64,000 nucleotides of DNA from Candidatus Buchananbacteria bacterium. GTDB lineage: Bacteria > Patescibacteriota > Patescibacteriia > Buchananbacterales > UBA6539. Positions 55,659 to 64,000 of this stretch are shown here, one piece after another. The DNA lies in NCBI GenBank assembly GCA_013359225.1, contig JABWCG010000001.1, positions 6,410 through 70,409 of the forward strand. The letters run 5' to 3'. A model generated the notes under the pieces. That model was not told the DNA's origin and ran no database searches. It saw nothing but the letters and a program-made list of their open reading frames with translations. The translations under genes were made by a program, and so were the position numbers. Each line of letters opens with the position of its first letter. The stretch's first letter is position 1.

Positions 55659-56156
55659 ATGGTTAAACTAAAATATTTTAGTGTCGGAGTTACAGCTCTT
55701 GCACTAATTGCGCTTGTTGGCGCCGGATGTACCCCAAAGGGAACAACTTTAAACAGCAATACTAATAGCAACACTAATGCTGCTGTCAATGCCGAAACCG
55801 ACGACAACGCCAATGCTAATACCGCTCTACAGGGCGGCAGTAAAACCATGCAGGGCGATGTCAAAGAATTTACCATGACTTCATTTTATGAAATTGTTGA
55901 CGGTCAGCCAAAACCACAATTTTCAATTAAAGAGATCGCCGTTAAAAAAGGCGACAAGGTCAGAATTAAAGTTATCAACACCAAAGGTAATCATGATTTC
56001 AACCTTGATGAATTTGGTATTAGCGAACAGACCCCTTTGGATCAAGAAGTGGTTATTGAATTTACCGCTGATAAAGCAGGGGAGTTCCAGTATTACTGCA
56101 GCAAACCGGGCCACCGAGAAGCTGGCCACTGGGGAACCCTTAAGGTGACTGAGTAA
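55659..56156 (+). CDS. Cupredoxin-domain lipoprotein
   Basis: Lipobox GAGC; N/T-rich linker; VKKGDKV, HDF, YYCSKPGHREAGHWG. Confidence 0.85.
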   Translation: MVKLKYFSVGVTALALIALVGAGCTPKGTTLNSNTNSNTNAAVNAETDDNANANTALQGGSKTMQGDVKEFTMTSFYEIVDGQPKPQFSIKEIAVKKGDKVRIKVINTKGNHDFNLDEFGISEQTPLDQEVVIEFTADKAGEFQYYCSKPGHREAGHWGTLKVTE

Positions 56157-56216
56157 AGAAAAAAGAATTGATATCAAAAAATCGCCTCAGGGGCGATTTT
56201 TTGATATAATAAACGT

Positions 56217-56600
56217 ATGAAAAAACTCCTTATTGCCATCCTGATTTTGTTACTGCTATTGGTGGTTTTGGTGTTTGGCGCCGGGCTGTACTTTTATTTT
56301 AAGTTTAAGCCATTTTTTATTGATGTCAGCCCGACCAATGTCCAATTGGAGGCGCAAACCGCTGAGACAGAGAAAAATTATGCCACTACTACTGACAAGA
56401 ATCCTTTGTTAAATGAACAGCAAGAACAGGCCCTAGAGCAGGTTGGTGTTGATCCGGCTAAATTGCCAACCCAAATTACACCCGAGCTGGAGGCGTGTTT
56501 TGCCGCCACTTTGGGTGCCGATCGGGTTTCGGCAATTAAATCAGGCGAATCGCCGACAATCATTGATTTTTTTAAAGCCCAGTCTTGTATAAATAAATAA
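56217..56600 (+). CDS. Membrane-anchored hypothetical protein
   Basis: N-terminal TM segment; C-terminal two-Cys domain. Confidence 0.7.
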   Translation: MKKLLIAILILLLLLVVLVFGAGLYFYFKFKPFFIDVSPTNVQLEAQTAETEKNYATTTDKNPLLNEQQEQALEQVGVDPAKLPTQITPELEACFAATLGADRVSAIKSGESPTIIDFFKAQSCINK

Positions 56601-56607
56601 AATATTT

Positions 56608-57351
56608 ATGTCAAAGAAAAAAAACATACCCGTTGAACTGCCGGCCAATAATAAAGGGGTGCTCAACCTGCCATCCGTTGAACTGCCTATTAAACCGCTG
56701 ACCGTAGAAGAAGTTAATCGGGATATGCGGCGAAGGATTTCTAATATTAAAAAAGAATTCACGGTTGGTTTTGATTTTATTAAAACTCATCCTAAGTCGG
56801 TGACGTTTTTTGGTTCAGCGCGCCTGAAGCCGGCCGATCCGTACTACCAAAAAGCTGTTAGCTTGGCTAAACGATTAGCTAAAGAAGGGTATGCGGTTGT
56901 CACTGGTGGCGGTCCGGGTGTGATGGAAGCGGCAAACCTTGGAGCCCTAAAAGGCAAAGGAGACTCATTGGGTTTAACGATCAGACTGCCCAAAGAGCAG
57001 GTAACTAACCCGTATGTCTCTGATTTCAGAGAGTTCCACTATTTTTTTACTCGTAAAGTGTGCCTGACCTTTTCGGCAGAGGCCTATATTTATTTTCCGG
57101 GCGGCTATGGCACGCTAGACGAATTTTTTGAAATTTTAACTTTGGTTCAAACTAATAAAATTGAACGTGTTCCGATTGTTTTGGTCGGCCGTAAATTTTG
57201 GCGGCCAATGCATTCATTTCTTAACAACTATGTGTACCAGCGGTTTAAGGCCATTGATAAAGAAGACATGAAGTTATACTACATGCTCGACGATGAAGAA
57301 CAGATTGTTGAGATTATTAAACGCTCCCCGGTTCGTCAGATTGATCGTTAG
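56608..57351 (+). CDS. LOG family (TIGR00730) nucleotide phosphoribohydrolase
   Basis: FFGSAR, TGGGPGVMEAAN, PGGYGTLDE. Confidence 0.92.
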   Translation: MSKKKNIPVELPANNKGVLNLPSVELPIKPLTVEEVNRDMRRRISNIKKEFTVGFDFIKTHPKSVTFFGSARLKPADPYYQKAVSLAKRLAKEGYAVVTGGGPGVMEAANLGALKGKGDSLGLTIRLPKEQVTNPYVSDFREFHYFFTRKVCLTFSAEAYIYFPGGYGTLDEFFEILTLVQTNKIERVPIVLVGRKFWRPMHSFLNNYVYQRFKAIDKEDMKLYYMLDDEEQIVEIIKRSPVRQIDR

Positions 57352-57357
57352 GAAACG

Positions 57358-57933
57358 TTACCAGGGCATTGTTAAATTGATGGCAGTTTTTTCAATTGTT
57401 TCCCAATTACTGGTGTCAATTGGAACCTGAGTTACCTCATTAAAAAATTTGTATCTGAGAAATTTATTTTGTAAAGCAAATTCGTACAGCTCTTTAGTGA
57501 TTTTAACGTCTTGCTGGCAATAGGTGCGAATTTTTTCTAATTCTCCCTGGCGATACCAGATGACAGCGTCAATGCCTTTACCTCCCTTGTTGATTCCCAG
57601 CGTCCCAGCGGCGACAGCGTCAAGCGGCAGCCTCTTGCCGACTGATTTTTTGATCTCTTGCATCAAGTCAACGCTTTTAATTTTAGTTAAGTCGCCCGGG
57701 TAGTATTTGTTTAATAGGGGAATGTCAAAATAATCGGAATTATAGCCGACGATTGAATCAGTATGTTCCAAGATATTCCACAGCTTATTAAATTCTTCTG
57801 GCTGGAAACTTACATAGTCATTAAGTTGGGAGTCATAAATAACCAGCAAAGAAATATCCAAAGCAGCCGGGTCTGAACTGCCGACTTCTTGAAACGTATT
57901 TTTGGTTTCGATGTCAAGAAATACTGTACGCAT
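57358..57933 (-). CDS. RNase H-like (DEDD/YprB-type) 3'-5' exonuclease domain protein
   Basis: FLDIET, GYNSDYFDIP, YCQQDVKIT. Confidence 0.85.
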   Translation of the reverse strand: MRTVFLDIETKNTFQEVGSSDPAALDISLLVIYDSQLNDYVSFQPEEFNKLWNILEHTDSIVGYNSDYFDIPLLNKYYPGDLTKIKSVDLMQEIKKSVGKRLPLDAVAAGTLGINKGGKGIDAVIWYRQGELEKIRTYCQQDVKITKELYEFALQNKFLRYKFFNEVTQVPIDTSNWETIEKTAINLTMPW

Positions 57934-58114
57934 GATTTTACCATTATAGCAGGTCGCTTCAACAAGTCCAAAAAAATTTGTCTGCTATCAAATTTTTTGA
58001 TAATATAAGGGTATTCTTGACATTTTCCGTGACAAAGATTTCAAGATTGTGTATAATGTAGGTGATAGCAAATGACTAAAATTAGCTATTTTAATTATTA
58101 ATAAACTAATTTTT

Positions 58115-58396
58115 ATGGCAAAAATGACCAAATCTCAGATCATGGCTAGCCTTGCCGAGAAGTCTGGATTAAGCAAGAAGGACGTCAATGCCTTGGTGGA
58201 AGCCATGGTTGAAATGGCCTACAAAGAGGTCAAGTCCAGTGGTGAATTCACCATTCCTGGCATTGGCAAGTTGGTTAAGGTTAACCGCAAGGCCCGCATC
58301 GGCCGCAACCCGGCTACTGGCGAAGAAATCAAAATCCCAGCCAAGACGGTTGTTAAGTTCCGAGTTGCCAAGGCTGCTAAAGATGCCGTTTTGTAA
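58115..58396 (+). CDS. hup: DNA-binding protein HU
   Basis: RKARIGRNPATGEEIKIPAK. Confidence 0.95.
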   Translation: MAKMTKSQIMASLAEKSGLSKKDVNALVEAMVEMAYKEVKSSGEFTIPGIGKLVKVNRKARIGRNPATGEEIKIPAKTVVKFRVAKAAKDAVL

Positions 58397-58411
58397 ACTC
58401 TAGTTTGTTTT

Positions 58412-58440
58412 CAAAAGAGCCCCTTTTCAGGGGCTCTTTT
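58412..58440 (+). terminator. Terminator after HU
   Basis: AAAAGAGCCCC/GGGGCTCTTTT. Confidence 0.8.
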
Positions 58441-58498
58441 ATTTGGTTAAATCCCTAATTTTTGGTAAAATAAATAGGTAAACTAACTTAATACTTGT

Positions 58499-58840
58499 AT
58501 GACATTATTAATCAATTGGTTGATACTTACTCTTGCGATCATCATCACGGCGTATCTGTTGCCGGGCGTGACAGTTAGCGGGGTTGCTGCCGCGCTGGTC
58601 GCCGCGCTGGTTTTAGGAATAATTAACACATTAATCAAACCGGTTTTGATTATTTTAACTTTGCCGATCAACATTTTAACGCTAGGGTTGTTTACTTTAG
58701 TGATTAACGCCGGTTTAGTGATGCTCACGGCGGCGATTGTTGAGGGGTTTAGTATGACTAATTTTTGGTGGGCGTTATTATTTGGCTTGGTGTTATCAAT
58801 TATCAACTCGGTTCTCAGCCAGTTGAAGCAGGAGGAATAA
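58499..58840 (+). CDS. YvlD/DUF360 (holin-superfamily IV) four-TM membrane protein
   Basis: NTLIKPVLIILTLPINILTLGLFTLVINA. Confidence 0.88.
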   Translation: MTLLINWLILTLAIIITAYLLPGVTVSGVAAALVAALVLGIINTLIKPVLIILTLPINILTLGLFTLVINAGLVMLTAAIVEGFSMTNFWWALLFGLVLSIINSVLSQLKQEE

Positions 58841-58842
58841 AT

Positions 58843-59325
58843 ATGATTTATTTAGGCGCCGACCATGCCGGCTTCCAATTAAAGGAAGCGGTAAAAAAAT
58901 ATCTTGATGCCACTGGCCGGGCGTATCAAGACCTTGGAAATTTCCAGTATCATCAGGATGATGACTATCCGGATTTTAGCTATTTAGTGGCTAACAAAGT
59001 TTCCAAGTCTTCCAAGGCTCGGGGAATTTTATTTTGCGGTTCTTCGCAGGGGGCATGTATTACCGCTAATAAAGTTAAAGGCGTTAGGGCTGCGTCAGTT
59101 CGTAATGTTGCTGAAGCCGTATTGGCTCGCGAACATGATGACGTTAATATCATTTGTTTGGCCGGTGGCCGTCAAGTCCAAAAAAAATTTAAGAAGGTTG
59201 GTGTACCGGTAGCTGAGGCAAAAAAAATTATCAAAGCCTATTTAGCGACTGTTTTTTCTTCGGCACCGCGCCATCGCCGGCGAGTGAATAAGATCAAAAG
59301 AATTGAGAAGCAAAATTTTCGTTAA
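58843..59325 (+). CDS. rpiB: Ribose-5-phosphate isomerase B
   Basis: GADHAG, DDYPD, CGSSQG, ANKVKGVRA, RH.RRV.KI; ATG at 58843. Confidence 0.93.
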   Translation: MIYLGADHAGFQLKEAVKKYLDATGRAYQDLGNFQYHQDDDYPDFSYLVANKVSKSSKARGILFCGSSQGACITANKVKGVRAASVRNVAEAVLAREHDDVNIICLAGGRQVQKKFKKVGVPVAEAKKIIKAYLATVFSSAPRHRRRVNKIKRIEKQNFR

Positions 59326-59328
59326 AAT

Positions 59329-59961
59329 ATGAAGCCGCATATTATTCCAGCAATTTTGACGTCTGATCTGTCAGATTTAAAACAGACGTTGGCGGGTCTT
59401 CGCGGTTTAACTGATTGGGTGTCAATTGACATAGCCGACGGTATTTTTGTTGATTCAACTACTTTGACAGTCAACGATCTTGAAGCAGTAGATATCCCGT
59501 ACAAATTAGAACTGCATTTAATGGTCAATAATCCGGAAAGTTATTTTTTGCATTGCAGTAGGGTTGGAGCCAAAAGAGTTTTTTTTCACATTGAAGTGTT
59601 GGCTGATGTGGCCTCAGCGATTGCAGAAGCTAAGTCGTATAAGTTTGAAGCCGGTCTGGCGCTGTGTCCCGATACCGACTTAAAATTATTAGCGCCCTTT
59701 GTTGACGACATTCATTCGGTGTTATTGATGGGAGTTAATCCGGGCACCCAGGGCCAGGATTTTATTCCTGCAACTCTGGACAGGATTAAACAATTAAAGA
59801 CTAATTATCCGCAGATCAAGGTGTCAGTTGACGGCGGACTTAACCCCATGACTATTAGTCAGGCGGCTGCCGCCGGTGCTGATACGCTGGTGGTTGGTAG
59901 TGCTATTGTTAAACAGTCCGACTTTAAACAGGCCTTTGAATATTTAAAAACAAAAATATAA
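59329..59961 (+). CDS. rpe: Ribulose-phosphate 3-epimerase
   Basis: DIADG.FV, HLMV, MGVNPG..GQ, VDGG, VVGSAI. Confidence 0.92.
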   Translation: MKPHIIPAILTSDLSDLKQTLAGLRGLTDWVSIDIADGIFVDSTTLTVNDLEAVDIPYKLELHLMVNNPESYFLHCSRVGAKRVFFHIEVLADVASAIAEAKSYKFEAGLALCPDTDLKLLAPFVDDIHSVLLMGVNPGTQGQDFIPATLDRIKQLKTNYPQIKVSVDGGLNPMTISQAAAAGADTLVVGSAIVKQSDFKQAFEYLKTKI

Positions 59962-61799
59962 TGAATAAACTTGTCTTAGAAAAATTAGCAAAACAAGTCA
60001 GACATTCAATTTTAATTTCCACCACGCACGCCGGATCGGGCCATCCGAGCTCTTCGCTTTCCGCCGCCGACCTAATGACGGTGTTGTATTTTGGCGGTTT
60101 TTTAAAGTATGATCTTGCAAATCCGCAATACCACAACAATGATCGGGTGATTTTTTCTAAAGGTCATGCGGCGCCGTTACTGTATGCGTTGTACGCGGCA
60201 GCTGGCAAAGTTACGACTCAGGAATTAAAAACCCTGCGTCGCTTTAATAGTCGGCTTGAAGGTCACCCCACATCGGCATTCCCGTACTCTGAAGCGGCGA
60301 CCGGCTCATTGGGGCAGGGGTTATCAATCGGTGTTGGTATGGCGTTGAACGCTAAAATAGACAGGCTGTCGTATAAAACGTACGTGTTATTGGGGGATAG
60401 TGAAATGGCGGAAGGGTCGGTTTGGGAAGCAATTCAACTGGCGGCATACTATAAACTAGATAATCTGATTGGTATTATTGATGTAAACCGTTTAGGCCAG
60501 CGCGGCCAAACAATGTATGGCCATAACGTTTCGGCGTTTGCCAATCGCGTAAGCAGTTTTGGTTGGCAGGTAATTACTGTTGACGGACATTCGGTGGCAG
60601 AGATTGCTAAAGCGTATCAGCGCGCCGCTAAAGCCAAAAATCGTCCAGTGATGATTATCGCCAAAACGATTAAGGGTAAAGGCGTTCGGCTGATTGAAAA
60701 TAAAAATGGTTGGCACGGTAAAACATTGAGCGTTGATGAATTACAACAGGCACTGCTTGAACTGGGGACGGTTGACTTTAAGCTTCGTGGCAAGATCAGC
60801 CTGCCTAAAAGGGTAAATCTAAGAAGTAAAACGATCAAACCAAAATTGATTATTGAAGAATATCATCGTCCATTAGCAACACGTAAAGCATACGGCCATG
60901 CCCTGGTAAAACTATATCCGAAATTTCCGCAATTGGTGGTGCTTGATGCCGAAGTGAGCAATTCAACATATGCCCAAACTTTCAAAGAAGCGTATCCGGA
61001 TCGGTTTTTTGAAATGTTTATTGCTGAACAAAATATGGTCGGTGTCGCCGTGGGGTTGGCGGCGCGGGGAAAAATTCCTTTCATTTCAACCTTTGCTGCA
61101 TTTTTTACCAGGGCGTTTGATCAAATCAGAATGGCACAATACTCGGGCGCTGGGTCGCACATAAATTTTGTCGGTTCTCATGCGGGGACTTCCATCGGTG
61201 AAGACGGTTCTTCACAAATGGGCTTGGAAGATATTTCTATGTTTCGTTCGGTATTAGATAGCATTGTGTTATATCCGTGCGATCATGTATCCGACGAAAA
61301 ATTAGTTGAAGCGGCAATTAAACATCCGGGCATCTGCTATGTTAGAACGACGCGCTCTGATTTAGCGAATATCTATCCAAGTTCAGAAAAGTTTGAAGTT
61401 GGCGGTAGTAAGACTGTTAGGCATTCATCGCACGATCAATTGACAGTGGTTGCTGCCGGCATTACCCTGCATGAAGCGTTGGCGGCGTATGAGGAGTTGA
61501 GGCGGGAAAATATTACTATTCGGGTGGTTGATGTTTATAGTGTGAAGCCAATTGATGTTGTAACCTTAAAAAAATGCGCCCGTGAAACGTCGGCCATTAT
61601 TGTGGTTGAAGACCATTTTGAGCAAGGGGGGATCGGTGAAGCGGTTCGAACTGCTCTGCAGGATGTTAAGGTAATTATTCATTCACTGGCAGTTCGTAAA
61701 ATGCCAAAAAGCGGCCGGCCTGAGCAGTTGTTGTCGTATGAGGAAATTGATCGTAAAGCTATTATTAAAAAAGTAAAGCAGATTATTGGCCGACAGTAA
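59961..61799 (+). CDS. tkt: Transketolase
   Basis: SGHP, SKGHA, GSLGQG, GDSEMAEG, IAEQNM, GEDGSSQ. Confidence 0.95.
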   Translation: MNKLVLEKLAKQVRHSILISTTHAGSGHPSSSLSAADLMTVLYFGGFLKYDLANPQYHNNDRVIFSKGHAAPLLYALYAAAGKVTTQELKTLRRFNSRLEGHPTSAFPYSEAATGSLGQGLSIGVGMALNAKIDRLSYKTYVLLGDSEMAEGSVWEAIQLAAYYKLDNLIGIIDVNRLGQRGQTMYGHNVSAFANRVSSFGWQVITVDGHSVAEIAKAYQRAAKAKNRPVMIIAKTIKGKGVRLIENKNGWHGKTLSVDELQQALLELGTVDFKLRGKISLPKRVNLRSKTIKPKLIIEEYHRPLATRKAYGHALVKLYPKFPQLVVLDAEVSNSTYAQTFKEAYPDRFFEMFIAEQNMVGVAVGLAARGKIPFISTFAAFFTRAFDQIRMAQYSGAGSHINFVGSHAGTSIGEDGSSQMGLEDISMFRSVLDSIVLYPCDHVSDEKLVEAAIKHPGICYVRTTRSDLANIYPSSEKFEVGGSKTVRHSSHDQLTVVAAGITLHEALAAYEELRRENITIRVVDVYSVKPIDVVTLKKCARETSAIIVVEDHFEQGGIGEAVRTALQDVKVIIHSLAVRKMPKSGRPEQLLSYEEIDRKAIIKKVKQIIGRQ

Positions 61800-62371
61800 T
61801 GAAAAGAGATATTGTATTAGCCGGTCGGGAGATTAGGTACACGCACCATAAGACCAGGCGGGCTAAAAGATTGATTATTACAGTGCGTCATGATGCTAGC
61901 GTATTGGTGACCACGCCGAGGTATTACCCTTTGAAATTTGTTGAGCAGTCTCTTCATGAGAAAAGCGGCTGGATTATGCGGCAGGTTGAACACTTTAAAC
62001 AACTGCCTAAGTCAGTATTACATTCGGTTGATTTGAGTGAGTACCGACAGTACCGGCGAGCAGCCAAGGATTTAGTGGAACAGTTGGTTAAGCAGTTTAA
62101 TCAATTATATAATTTTTCTTTTAATAAAATTTCAGTCAGGCGTCAGACCACACGGTGGGCAAGTTGTTCGGCAAAAGGTAATTTGAATTTTAATTATAAA
62201 ATTATTTTTTTGCCGACATCGTTGGCGGAATATATCGTTGTCCACGAGCTGTGCCATTTGCAGGAAATGAACCACTCCCAGAAATTTTGGCGCCTAGTGG
62301 CTTTCGGCATTCCTGATTATCGGTCTCGGCGTCAACAACTAAGAAATATTAATACATTTTCGTCGCAGTAA
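61799..62371 (+). CDS. YgjP/DUF45-like zinc metalloprotein
   Basis: RWASCS and YIVVHELCHL.EMNHS..FW. Confidence 0.88.
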   Translation: MKRDIVLAGREIRYTHHKTRRAKRLIITVRHDASVLVTTPRYYPLKFVEQSLHEKSGWIMRQVEHFKQLPKSVLHSVDLSEYRQYRRAAKDLVEQLVKQFNQLYNFSFNKISVRRQTTRWASCSAKGNLNFNYKIIFLPTSLAEYIVVHELCHLQEMNHSQKFWRLVAFGIPDYRSRRQQLRNINTFSSQ

Positions 62372-62376
62372 GCTTT

Positions 62377-64000
62377 ATGCAGATAAAAATCAAATTTCTT
62401 ATTATCTTTCTGCTGTTTTTTTGCTGGTTAACTCCCGCTGCCGCTGAAACCATTCAGGATTTTTCGGTTGGTATTGGTATCAATCAAGATGCCACCTTTG
62501 ATGTTCGGGAAGAAATTTTTTATGATTTTGGAACGGAGGTTCGTCACGGTATCTATCGGGATATTCCTGTAAAATATCAGACTGCCCAGGGCAATAAAAG
62601 CATTAAAGTCTCTAACATTAGCGTGACAGACAGCGCTGGTAATCTGTATCAATTTACAACTTCGAGAGTGGGGGATTACTTACGAATAAAAATTGGCGAC
62701 CCTGATGCGACGGTGAGTGGCGAACACATGTATGTTGTTGGCTATCGGGTTAGCCGGGCGATAAATTATTTTCAAGATCATGACGAATTGTACTGGAATG
62801 TTACTGGAAATAATTGGACAGTGCCGATCAATCAAGTTAAGGCTATAGTAATTTTGCAAGCCGACGCTTTGAAAGATTTGCGCCTTGCTTGTTTTAGCGG
62901 CGCCTATGGCTCAACTCAGCCTTGTCGCACGGCTGAACTGGCATCTAATGCCAATCGCGCCAGTTTTTCCGACTCCGGTTTTGCCGCCGGTGATGGCTTG
63001 ACGGTTGTTGTCGGTTTTCCTAAAGACGTTGTGGTTGAGCCGGCATGGTGGCAAAATGCTCTTGTGGTCGTTTATGATAATTTGATTTTACTTCTGCCGG
63101 TTATTGTTTTAGCGGCATTGTATTTGCTGTGGCGGCGATACGGCAAAGATCCAAAGGGCCAGGGGACGATTATCACCCAGTTTGATGCGCCCAAAGATCT
63201 TAGTCCGGCACAAGTCGGACTGATTATTGACGAGAATGTTCGTCAGCGCGATATCTCTTCGGAAATCGTTTACCTGGCAACCAAGGGGTATCTGAAAATC
63301 CACTATTTGGACGACTTGAATTTTTTTGATCGCTTTAGCAAAGCAGATAACTATGTGATTGAAAAAATAAAAACGGGTGATGACTTGCCGAATGATTTTC
63401 AACGTCTGCTAATGACTAAATTATTCAATGATGATTTTGTAAAAACGCATGAAGTTAATGGCAAAAAGATTGCCGGAGTCCGTCTAAATGCATTACAAGA
63501 AAAGTTTTATAAAGACTATAAAGACATCAGTAAAGCGGTGTATCAATCAATGATTAGTAAAGGGTACTTTGCCGGAAATCCTCAGACTATCAAAGGTATT
63601 TATATTTTTTTGGGTGGGCTAGTTGTTTTTTCAATCTTTTTTTTGGGTGGGCTGCTAAATCCGTTATGGATAATGAGCGTGGCGATTTCCGGTGTGATGA
63701 TTATTTGTTTTGGTTTTATTATGCCCCAGAAAACTAAAGCGGGAGTTTTGTTGAAAGAGCATGTCCTTGGTCTGAAAAATTATCTAAAGGTCGCGGAAAA
63801 AGACCGATTAGCGTTTCATAATGCGCCGGAGAAAAAACCGGAAATATTTGAACGGTTGCTGCCGTACGCCATGGTGCTTGGTGTTGAAACCGCTTGGGCG
63901 GCGCAGTTTGCCGGTATTTATAATCAACAACCTTCGTGGTATTCCGCGCCGGCGTCTCGCCACCTTAATGCCATGATTCTGGCCGATTCACTTGACGGTT
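62377..64000 (+). CDS. DUF2207 membrane protein (partial; runs off the window)
   Basis: ATG at 62377; signal peptide; HGIYRDIP, ELYWNVTG, FERLLPYAMVLGV; no stop before the end of the window. Confidence 0.85.
   Translation, partial: MQIKIKFLIIFLLFFCWLTPAAAETIQDFSVGIGINQDATFDVREEIFYDFGTEVRHGIYRDIPVKYQTAQGNKSIKVSNISVTDSAGNLYQFTTSRVGDYLRIKIGDPDATVSGEHMYVVGYRVSRAINYFQDHDELYWNVTGNNWTVPINQVKAIVILQADALKDLRLACFSGAYGSTQPCRTAELASNANRASFSDSGFAAGDGLTVVVGFPKDVVVEPAWWQNALVVVYDNLILLLPVIVLAALYLLWRRYGKDPKGQGTIITQFDAPKDLSPAQVGLIIDENVRQRDISSEIVYLATKGYLKIHYLDDLNFFDRFSKADNYVIEKIKTGDDLPNDFQRLLMTKLFNDDFVKTHEVNGKKIAGVRLNALQEKFYKDYKDISKAVYQSMISKGYFAGNPQTIKGIYIFLGGLVVFSIFFLGGLLNPLWIMSVAISGVMIICFGFIMPQKTKAGVLLKEHVLGLKNYLKVAEKDRLAFHNAPEKKPEIFERLLPYAMVLGVETAWAAQFAGIYNQQPSWYSAPASRHLNAMILADSLDG

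Noticed and set aside
58499-58840. Holin-family annotation as evidence of a prophage
   Set aside because: YvlD/DUF360 proteins are common chromosomal membrane proteins, and no phage genes are nearby.
58843-61799. rpiB-rpe-tkt operon as a novelty
   Set aside because: Ordinary non-oxidative pentose phosphate genes, common in CPR.

Overview
This is a 64-kb chromosomal segment from a small-genome bacterium using genetic code 11, most consistent with Patescibacteria/CPR (Parcubacteria-like). Support: rpmD/uL30 is absent between rpsE and rplO, core genes have AT-rich starts without Shine-Dalgarno (SD) sequences, AspRS is short, MutY lacks its FeS motif, and DUF5671, DUF3160 and Memo-CapA proteins are present. 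The core is the str-S10-spc ribosomal superoperon (rpsL to secY-adk-map), plus ruvX-recO, aspS, scpA/scpB, tpiA, five tRNA genes, rpmB, rpmG, HU and rpiB-rpe-tkt. Several GC-richer, SD-led accessory units with their own promoters are interspersed: (i) a prephenate-handling cluster (BacA-like prephenate decarboxylase plus a TyrA-PheA fusion); (ii) a diverged PyrB-PyrI fusion behind a promoter-proximal terminator; (iii) an island after tRNA-Trp with a serine-recombinase relic and a gene that looks like a remote diversity-generating retroelement (DGR) target, whose variable region contains a 31-nt tandem duplication of two differently diversified copies. There is also an independently transcribed ~220-nt rod-like ncRNA (6S-like candidate) and a GIY-YIG gene preceded by a tRNA-Trp scar. 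No rRNA, CRISPR array, reverse transcriptase or intact transposase was seen. All family calls come from motif recognition by eye, not database searches.
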